DNA of 55,441 nucleotides from an uncultured virus (IMG/VR IMGVR_UViG_2841629896_000001) (lineage: Duplodnaviria; Heunggongvirae; Uroviricota; Caudoviricetes): the IMG/VR virus record IMGVR_UViG_2841629896_000001; one strand, written 5' to 3'. The notes beneath the pieces are model-generated. The model saw only the letters and a program-made list of their open reading frames with translations, did no database searches and was not told the origin of the DNA. The translations under genes and the position numbers were made by a program. Shown in pieces: positions 8,758 to 17,800 of this stretch (positions are counted from its first letter, which is position 1; every line of letters begins with the position of its first letter).

Positions 8758-10149
8758 TCCGTATCATATCAAAAAACACAATAAAGTCAATATGTTGATT
8801 GCAATTATTTTATATGAATCCACTTAAGAATCCATCTTTTTATGCATGATTCATTTGACCATTTTTTATATAAGATTGCCATGTATGAATAGACCATAAA
8901 AAGCAAATCATGGTGCAAATATTATAACGCATGTAAACATTCAAATGAAATGAAAAGCAGATATCATTCATAACAGTTCATAAATTTTATGATACGTTTT
9001 TATCACAGCACAAATCACATTGTTTAAAATTTAGTCGTTTGGAACTATCGATAACATACGTTTAAAGATCACATCTTGTTTTAAAGATTGGATTGTTAAT
9101 CGCATATTAACGTTCGCCAAAATTGGCGAGCGCAAAATAGAGAGCTGTCATAACAGCAGCATCATAATACCGAACATTTTAAAGATTGCATAAAAGGATT
9201 AAGGACAAGATCGCTTTTAAACGCTTTCTAAAAGTTTAGAAAACGATAAAGAGGTATTTTATATCTTATGAAATGAAAAGCCTTTTAATGAATAGATTGC
9301 AGACTAGTTTTTAGAACAGAACTATATTCGCTTCCATAAAAAAATGGAGGCGCATAATGCCATAGAAGTAGAATACTATATACCTTAGACATGGTATAAA
9401 AAACGTTTTAAAAGTTATCGTTTTAAAATATGAAACCAAATGAGATCTCCTCAAATTTGAGGGCATCTATTTTAGACAAAGATAAGCAAGTAAAATTCAA
9501 AACCGTTGTAACATCATAAGGCACAGGATTTACTTAATTGTGCTAGCCAAATAGAGCGATTAATTTGCAAAGAAGCTTTGTTTAAAATACGCTTATTATG
9601 AAAGCCTTTCTAAATGAATGTTTAAACGTTTGAAACGGATGTTTATAATAATTTTTAAAACCTTCCATTTGATAAAAGCGGTTGTTTATTTATCTTATGA
9701 GAGCTTGTTTTAAAAACCAGCGTTTGCAAATGTAAAAAGAACGTTTTTATAAGACATTCATTTAAGATGCATTTTCTTTTGATTGAATTGATAAAGCTAC
9801 CAAACGTTTTGATTTGTTTGATAGGTTTTGATTTTAGATAATGTGTTATTTGAATTCACTCAGCTCGATTTTGAGCTTAGTATATTGAAACGTTTTAAAA
9901 GAAGCATTGTGATCATGGGCTTTGTTTTAAAAACCCCCCTCACAAAGGAGGGTGTTATGATTAATACGTTTGAGAGTAACAAAAAGCGCTTATAGGCTCT
10001 CTCATTCAAGTGAGTGATTAAAGATCATATACATCATTTACGTTCCTTTTGATAAGTTTTCATATCTCTAATAGAGCGCTTGTAATAGATATGTTTTGTA
10101 TATATGTGTCATTACCTTGATTAGGGTTGATTCATAAGGATAGACATTA

Positions 10150-10186
10150 GAAAGCCGCGTCATATCAGTTGGCACGGCTTTCTTTT
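10150..10186. terminator. Hairpin terminator at the end of the minus-strand LbetaH array
   Basis: GAAAGCCGCGTCA-tatcagt-TGGCACGGCTTTC followed by TTTT; related to the 7675-7710 hairpin. Confidence 0.6.
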
Positions 10187-10246
10187 ATGAATTCTCTCTT
10201 TTATGATGGGTTTATAGCCATAAAGAAGGCACCCCCATACCTATTT

Positions 10247-11026
10247 TTATTCTGTTTTATCAATAATCTTAACGACATTATCGCTTTGATAAACCTCATA
10301 ATTTTTAGGAACTAACTTTGCTTTGCTTTTTGTGTTGATTGTTGCATTGCCATAAGCACGCCCCCAGATCGTTGCACAATGTGAGATTTTTGCATTACCA
10401 TAAACAGAGCCATAAATCTCACAAGAGCCCCCCACGCGCGCATTGCCATAGACCTTGCCATAAATCTTTGCACGACCATTAATCACAGCATAATTATAAA
10501 TTTTCGCATGGCTATAAATGCAAGCAGAGCCACAAACCCTAGCATGACCATAGACGCGGGCATAACTAAAAACCGTAGCATCATAAGAAACATGCGCATG
10601 GTCATAAATATGAGCATCAGCAAGAACGCGGGCAGCACCACTCACATGAGCATTGCCATAAACATTGCCATACACATGAGCACTCCCATAAACACAAGCC
10701 TGATCATAAATCTTTGCATATTGAGAGATAAAAGCCTTGCCATAGACCTCGGCATTGCCATAAACGAGACCACAGACTTGAGAATAATGCCGTATTTTTG
10801 CATCATCATAAACACGGGCATGACCATAGACACAAGCATTATCATAAACCCAGCAATTGCCATCATGAGATAGGTTGACTTCCTTTTCAATAAAACCCCC
10901 CAATGCACCCGTCTTTACATCAGCAAAATCTTTTAATGCTTTAATGCGATAAAGGCTTGTAATATTTCGAGTAAGAGCATGTTTGATTTTTTTGATTTCA
11001 CTGGTTAATTCATATTTTTTGCACAT
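10247..11026 (-). CDS. Phage LbetaH hexapeptide-repeat protein
   Basis: LYRIKALKDFADVKTGALGGFIEKEVNLSHDGNCWVYDNA plus repeats. Confidence 0.9.
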   Translation of the reverse strand: MCKKYELTSEIKKIKHALTRNITSLYRIKALKDFADVKTGALGGFIEKEVNLSHDGNCWVYDNACVYGHARVYDDAKIRHYSQVCGLVYGNAEVYGKAFISQYAKIYDQACVYGSAHVYGNVYGNAHVSGAARVLADAHIYDHAHVSYDATVFSYARVYGHARVCGSACIYSHAKIYNYAVINGRAKIYGKVYGNARVGGSCEIYGSVYGNAKISHCATIWGRAYGNATINTKSKAKLVPKNYEVYQSDNVVKIIDKTE

Positions 11027-11132
11027 AGAGATACCCTCACAATTTAATGTGTTAAACGTTTTCTAAAATTTGGAATGGAAAAATTTGGTTTGAAAGCAAG
11101 CGCCCCCACAACGCCCGCCGCTGCTTTATTGA

Positions 11133-11711
11133 TTAAACCCAGACAATTTCTAACTCGCCATAAGGAGAGAGACGTTCAGTATAGGTTTTTATTTTAGTAG
11201 ACCCGCCGACATTTTCACGAATAACAGCAATGCCATGGATATGAGCATTTTCAAAAATATGCACGTCATTTGCTATACGCGCGTTTTCATAAACCCTAGC
11301 ATTGTCATAAACATAGGCATTATCATAAATAATAGCCTTGCCATACACATGAGCATTGCCATAGACACGGGAATTATCAGAAACAACGGCATTGCCATAA
11401 ACATGCGCATTATCATAAATATAGCCAGCAGCGATAGCATTATCATAAACGCGGGCATGACCATAGATATGACCACAAGCGACAGCCTTGCCAAAAACCC
11501 TTGCGTTTTCATAAACGTGACCATTTTTAAACACAAGAGCATCATCATAAACCCAGCAATTGCCATCATGAGAGAGGTTATCTTCCTTTTCAATAAAGCC
11601 CCCCGAGGCACCCGCTTTAACATCAGAAAAGTCTTTTAATGCTTGGATACGATAAAGGGTATGATTACCAAATACACGCGTTTCATTTGTGAGTGTAAAC
11701 TTTTTTTGCAT
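11133..11711 (-). CDS. Phage LbetaH hexapeptide-repeat protein
   Basis: Same family; N-terminus like the 6844 gene, C-terminus (YTERLSPYGE) like the 6239 gene. Confidence 0.9.
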   Translation of the reverse strand: MQKKFTLTNETRVFGNHTLYRIQALKDFSDVKAGASGGFIEKEDNLSHDGNCWVYDDALVFKNGHVYENARVFGKAVACGHIYGHARVYDNAIAAGYIYDNAHVYGNAVVSDNSRVYGNAHVYGKAIIYDNAYVYDNARVYENARIANDVHIFENAHIHGIAVIRENVGGSTKIKTYTERLSPYGELEIVWV

Positions 11712-11791
11712 AACACTATTCCTTTATAAATAGATTTAAATTTTAAAATGAAATGTTTAAAGGGGGCGCCCCCGCCGCGCCCGCGCATTAT

Positions 11792-12565
11792 TTACGCAGC
11801 GTCTTTTCTAGACTGATTATCATCACAAATATCATTCGTAATTTTTTCACGGCTATTAACCACGGCATTACCATAGATTTGTACATCATGATCAATATTG
11901 GATTTACCATAGACCTTTGCATTTTCATAAATTCTTGCAAAGGAGCCCACCCGAGCCGAGCCAGAAACCTTTGCATCATCAAAAATACTTGCAAAACTCT
12001 TAATCCAAGCATTACAAAAGACATGGGCATTGCCATAAATACACGCCCCCCCATAAATGCGTGATTTACCATAAACATGGGAATTCCCATAAACAAAGCC
12101 ACTCACATGAGCATTTTCATATACACGGGCATTATCATAAATATGTGCACTAGGAGAAACATTAGCATTATCACAAACCATGGCATTGCCATAAACTAGA
12201 CCACAGATCCTAGCATTGTTACTAATTTTTGCATTGTCATAAATGCTAGCATCATGACCGAATACCCATGCCTTATCACAAACCACAGCATTCCCATAAA
12301 CTTTAGCTTCCCTAGCAATAATGGCATCATGATGTATTTTTGCATTTTCAGAAACGACGGCATTGCAAAAAACCATAGCATTATCATAGACCCAGCAATT
12401 GCCATCATGGGAGAGGTTGTTTTCATTTTCAATAAAACCGCCCAATTGACCAGCCCTAACATCATCAAAATCTCTTAAAGCACGAATGCGGTGTACAGTA
12501 ATCCCTTCAAAAGTATGATTTTCATTAGTCAATTCATATTTTTTAGATACAGTTATAGTGGACAT
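11792..12565 (-). CDS. Phage LbetaH hexapeptide-repeat protein
   Basis: HRIRALRDFDDVRAGQLGGFIENENNLSHDGNCWVYDNA plus repeats. Confidence 0.9.
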   Translation of the reverse strand: MSTITVSKKYELTNENHTFEGITVHRIRALRDFDDVRAGQLGGFIENENNLSHDGNCWVYDNAMVFCNAVVSENAKIHHDAIIAREAKVYGNAVVCDKAWVFGHDASIYDNAKISNNARICGLVYGNAMVCDNANVSPSAHIYDNARVYENAHVSGFVYGNSHVYGKSRIYGGACIYGNAHVFCNAWIKSFASIFDDAKVSGSARVGSFARIYENAKVYGKSNIDHDVQIYGNAVVNSREKITNDICDDNQSRKDAA

Positions 12566-12647
12566 AGGTAACTCCCTAAGTTTATATTTGATAAATTTTA
12601 GAATGAGATTTTTAAAGAGGGGCGCCCCCGCCGCGCCCGCGCGTTAT

Positions 12648-13379
12648 TTACGCAGCATCATTTTCATATTCGCTATCATCGTCATAATACCATTCACAAT
12701 CAGCATAATACTCATGACGGTAATAATCATCTTCACTTCCAAATTCTGGATATGCCTCATCCCAAATATGATCATCAGCAGTTAAAGAGGCGGCGCTATG
12801 AACATAAGAATCGCCAGAGATAAGAGCCCCACAAACCACGGCATCATCAAAAACACGCGAGCCATCACAAATATGAGCAGCGCCGCTTATTTTAGCATTG
12901 CCACCGACATGAGCATCATCACAAATAACGGCATCATCACAAATATGAGCATGATCAGTGACGCGGGCGTTATCATAAATTTTAGCATTACCTTCAATTA
13001 CAACGGCATTGCTAACATGAGCATTTCCATAAAGCTTTGCATTGTCCTTTAATAACATGCCTTCAAAAATAGCATTACCATAAATTCTTGCATTACCACA
13101 AACATCAACAAAAAAGCTTTTTACTTTAGCATTGCCTGAAACCCTTGCATTTTGAAAGACGCGCGCTTTGTCATAAACCCAGCAATTGCCTTTGTGAGAT
13201 AAGTTACTTTCGTTTTCAATATACCCCCCAAGATCGCCCGCTTTGACATCACCAAAATCTCTTAAAGCACGTATACGGTATAATATGAGACCAGTCACAA
13301 AATCCATTTCGCCAGTAAACTCATACTTTTTGGATATTTTTTTCTTATTAACGGGGGTAATTTTTGAGATATTTGTCAT
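12648..13379 (-). CDS. Phage LbetaH hexapeptide-repeat protein with an acidic, Tyr-rich tail
   Basis: Same N-domain; ends EDDYYRHEYYADCEWYYDDDSEYENDAA. Confidence 0.9.
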   Translation of the reverse strand: MTNISKITPVNKKKISKKYEFTGEMDFVTGLILYRIRALRDFGDVKAGDLGGYIENESNLSHKGNCWVYDKARVFQNARVSGNAKVKSFFVDVCGNARIYGNAIFEGMLLKDNAKLYGNAHVSNAVVIEGNAKIYDNARVTDHAHICDDAVICDDAHVGGNAKISGAAHICDGSRVFDDAVVCGALISGDSYVHSAASLTADDHIWDEAYPEFGSEDDYYRHEYYADCEWYYDDDSEYENDAA

Positions 13380-13428
13380 AATTAAAACCTTATGGTTATA
13401 TGTTTGTTATTGACACCCCTATAAGGGC

Positions 13429-13510
13429 GCCGGGCGCTAACAAACACGGCCATAAGTCCGTTGTCACACTTTTCTCATAAAGAGTATTGTATGGTGTGAC
13501 CACACCCGAC
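13429..13510 (-). ncRNA. C4/CI-like cloverleaf antisense RNA, copy B
   Basis: Minus strand: GTCGGGTG...CGCCCGGC; arm GTCACAC...GTGTGAC; ACGG-ACTTATGG-CCGT; GTTTGTTA. Complementary sites at 13590-13610 and 13389-13409. Confidence 0.75.
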
Positions 13511-13619
13511 AAAATCACTATATATGCTAACAAAAGCATAAAAGAAAGTCAGTTTTTATAATAGGATTAGGTTTATCGCAACCTAGTCGCTTATGGTTTA
13601 GTGTTTGTTAATCACTTAA

Positions 13620-13653
13620 TTATTTATATAACAAAATACGTATTTATTGTCAA
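13620..13653 (-). promoter_or_regulatory. Sigma70-type promoter with palindrome AAATACGTATTT in the spacer
   Basis: TTGACA on the minus strand at 13653-13648, 17 bp, then TATATA; palindrome at 13634-13645. Confidence 0.65.
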
Positions 13654-14313
13654 TTAATATTTTATCTTTTTTGATATTTTTTTGTATTTTTTTAAATACG
13701 TTGTGTATTGATAATATCTTATGCTTATGAATTGCTTCTTTTATATTTATGTGCTTTTAAAGCTATATTATGGGCTTTATAAAACGATTGCGTTATGTTT
13801 TGAATCTATACATTTATAATATTTAAAAACGCTCTCATAATGCGTATTTTTATCTTTATAACCTATCAGTTTTTTCACTAAATGAATTTAAATTTTTTTG
13901 TGAATTTTGTTTATAACGCATTTGCAACTTAACAGCTTTTTATAGGAACTGTTTTTATAACCAACGCATTCATTTGTATTATGATTATAAAACCTTGCTG
14001 TTTTTATGCATTCTTTATAACCGTTATATGCTTTACAGCCACCGCATCATTTTTCATTTTCATAAGAGAAAAGATAAATAGGATAATTGCGATTTATAGA
14101 CTGTTATGAAAACACTTATGAAAACATCTAAAGAGAGTTTGATAACTATAGAGATTAGAAAAATCCCTTTTATTGAATTTTATCAGTTCTTTTGAATGAT
14201 AACCTTATGATTTAGAGAATGATTACAACGTGCTTTATGAAAATCATGTGATCCTTTAAAGCTTTTCAAAAGATAGCTTGTAACTTATAAGAGATGCTAT
14301 CAAGATCATTAGG

Positions 14314-14508
14314 TTATGAGTTTTGGGGGTGTTTTTTATACGTATTATTTTATTTTTTTAATTAGAAATAAAAGTTATTATATTTCAATATGTTAATGTT
14401 TTAAAGAAACAACCTATATTAAATACAACCCATAAATACAATCTATAATATATATAAAAAAGGGGTTTTGTAGGGGTTTTGGGGGGTTTAAGAACCTACA
14501 AAACCTAT
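14314..14508 (+). repeat. ~195-bp inverted repeat, left copy
   Basis: Reverse complement of 20031-20224 with scattered substitutions; contains iterated GGGGTTTT motifs. Confidence 0.92.
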
Positions 14509-14566
14509 AAGTAAAATGAATATACATAACTCTCTTTAAACAAAGCTTTTGAAAACAATAAAGCAC

Positions 14567-14707
14567 TCATTTTAGATTACGGTATAACCTCTTAAAGGCA
14601 ATGTAAAAAAATCTAACTCTATTTAAGATGGGATTTCTTAAAAATCTTAAAGCAATCCAAATGAGAGTATCTAAAAGTGCAAATGATTTCTTTTTAGAAT
14701 AACGCAT
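14567..14707 (-). CDS. Small basic/hydrophobic peptide (46 aa)
   Basis: AAGGAG RBS ahead of ATG at 14707; MRYSKKKSFALLDTLIWIALRFLRNPIL... Confidence 0.4.
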   Translation of the reverse strand: MRYSKKKSFALLDTLIWIALRFLRNPILNRVRFFYIAFKRLYRNLK

Positions 14708-14827
14708 ATAAACACTCCTTTTAAAGATTAGATGTAATAAACTTAACAAAAGAGGTATAGATTATGGTTATAAGCTCTATACCCCTTATGCGTTTATCAT
14801 AACCATTATGTGAGCATGCTTTATAAG

Positions 14828-17800
14828 TTATTCAGTTTCTCTTAATACCAGATTTGGTAAGTTTTTTACGATTTTCATTGTTTCTAAACTTACAGTAATA
14901 ACCCTTTGAAATAATTCTAAAGGGTAGGCAGGGTTGCCAACGGTTTCAACAGCATAGCGATTGGCATCATTGACAATGCCGCTCTTTTTATCAGTCTTAA
15001 CACATTGACGCCCCATAACCCATTCAAGAGCAGGCTTGCCGTTGACGATATACTCATAAGCTTCAAGAGGGATATCTGTTATGGTAATATTGCTATTATA
15101 GATAACCGTTGATTTATCCTTTTCCTTACTATTCTTAATTTTTGCGAATTTCATTTCAGTTACATAATAGAATTTTTCGGGATTAGAGATGTCAGTTAAT
15201 TTTGGATTACCCTTTTTAAAGGTTACTGGATAAGGCTCTACATCTTCATAATTCACGTGCAAATGACCCAGTTCACGCCCTGCTGTTACAAATTTCCAAA
15301 AATCTTCAGCACTCTTTACACAAGGGATACGAGGTAATTCTTTAGAGAGGTTATCAGCATAACGGGCACGATAATCTTCCGAATGCAAAATTCCATAAAC
15401 GTAATAGAATAGATCATCCTTAGAGATTTTTTCATTAGGATAAGCTGCTTTAAAATGTGCTAATCCCGCATCTGTAATGCCATCACGAACTTTCTTTTTT
15501 ACACTTGCAGCAAATAAACTCTGGTTATGATGTTTTTTTTCATCAGAATATAATAAAAGTGGATAGCATCTCGTTTTTTCCAATGTATCAAAACTGATTG
15601 GCTTATTTGTCATAAGACAAGAAAATCCTGATCGATTTCCTATTCCAGAAACACAAATTCCAAGGTTGCCAAGAATATTTGAGTTAAAAAATTGATGCGT
15701 GTGTCCTAGACCTTCATTTAAGAATGGTGATGTATAATGCCATAGTGTCATAAACGGGCGATAAAGAATGAGAGCTTTTAGATGAGATTCAAATGTTGCT
15801 TCTATGCTCCGTTTTAATTTGGAGATAAGAGCATCCGTCCAACTGATTTTTGTAGTATCATAATCAATGATTTTTTTCATAGATATAGACGGATTTTCAG
15901 CAACGAGACGCCTTTGTTCATTAAAAAAATCAATTGCCTTTTGCACAGATGTACTTAGTGCATCTGTTGAAAAATTACAAACCCAAGAATCTCTTGCTGT
16001 TCTCATACCAAGCGACACTTCCTCAAAAAGCTTAGTATCTATCGACGTATTCCTATCTCCCATAGGCATAAATTGATAAAAATTGACATCTCTTGGTTTT
16101 ATCCAGTCATGCTTTTCATTAGGAGTAATTTCAATAAATTGTTTGGAGTGTGTTATTCCTTTTATACTCTTAAATTCACGCAATTGCTTTAATTTTTCCT
16201 TTGTAGAAAGGTTATCCCCAATATCATGATAGAAAATCTTACAAGGCTGTTGTTTTTTTGGATTACGTACAAAAAGAGTTATTGATATTCCATTTTGACA
16301 TCCAGAGCCAAAGACGTTTTGTCCTTCTTTTGCCATTCTGTTCGATAATCTGTTTTTTCGAATATCTCCACGAAGATTAACGATATAAATAGAGGAATAT
16401 TCATTTTCTAAACAACTACGCATACCATCCGCAGAGATTTTATCTATCCATCCATTCCCAGAAATATAAGCGACAATACCTCCTTGTGAACTTAAGCGAT
16501 TACTTGCCCACCTAATTGCTCGAATATAGCTATCATAAAGCTTATTTCGATTCATTTTTTCTGATGATCTCGTTATATATTGTTTATAGATACTATCATC
16601 AAGCGTATCATAACGCACATTTGGATTGTTATCATTGGCATTTTTTTGCCCTACGGAATAAGGAGGGTTGCCAACAATAACTTGGATATCTGCTTCCTGC
16701 TGTTTTTTACACCGCTCTGAATTCTCAAACATATAGCGTGTAAAAAAATCTTTTTCCTCTAACATCAGAAACGTATCAGTTAAACAAATTCCTTCAAAGG
16801 GTATATAATCTCCTTTCATAAGACTATGATAAGTCGATTCAATGTTAATGGCTGCTATGTAATAGGCTAGGAGAACAATCTCGTTGGCTTTGATTTCATT
16901 TCGGAACTTATATTCCATATCCTCTGGTTTTATCAGTCCAGATTGTAAAAGCCTTGTAATAAAGGTTCCTGTACCTGTAAAAGGGTCAAGAATAGAGACG
17001 CCTCGAGAACTTAAGCTTTGTCCAAACTCTTGCTCTAAAACATCATTGACGGAATGTAAGATAAAATCAACTATTTCAATAGGCGTATAAACAATCCCAA
17101 GCTTATCTGTTGTCTTTTTGAATGCCTTGGTAAAAAAATCTTCGTAAAGTTTGATAATAAGATTCTGTTTTGCTCGCGTCTCAATAATCTCCTCTGTATC
17201 ATCCTTTACACTTTGATAAAACTTTTCAAGATCTTTGGCTTCGTCTTTGATATTAATCTTATCAAGTTCTCTTAAGATCTTTTCCATCGCTTGCGAGATG
17301 GCGTTTTTACTCACAAACTCATTTCCATCAAACAAGGATTCAAAAATAGGTCGTGTCACAAGGTGTTGCGCCAACATCTCGAGTGCATCCTCTTGCTCGA
17401 TACTGTCATTTAAACCGTTCTTTAATTCTTTATGAAAGGCATCAAAAGCATGAAAGGCTTCACTCTTTTTATCAGCGAGTATGCTTTTAAGACGAATAAT
17501 ATGATTTTGTGCAATTGCAGCTACATTGCCAGCCCAATTTCCCCACTGATTAGGCTCCCCACATTTTTTGACAATGATGGGCTTAATAGCACGCGATAAT
17601 TCATCAACATAAAACTCGAATTCTTTTTGTCCTTCATAGCTATGAGAATTTTCACTTGCTACTGAACCAATATGAAGCCCAGCACCTTCCGATTTCGTAT
17701 GGAAAGAGAGTTCGTCAACAACTGCGGTCATTGCTTGTAAAGCAGGGTCAAAAGTGACTCCTACAATCTCAAACACATGACGAACATTTTGGTCTAGCTC

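Noticed and set aside
6381..13052. Met- or Ile-rich ORFs overlapping the LbetaH genes (e.g. 7085-7489, 10508-10873, 11273-11623)
   Set aside because: Off-frame and antisense shadows of the hexapeptide codon pattern.
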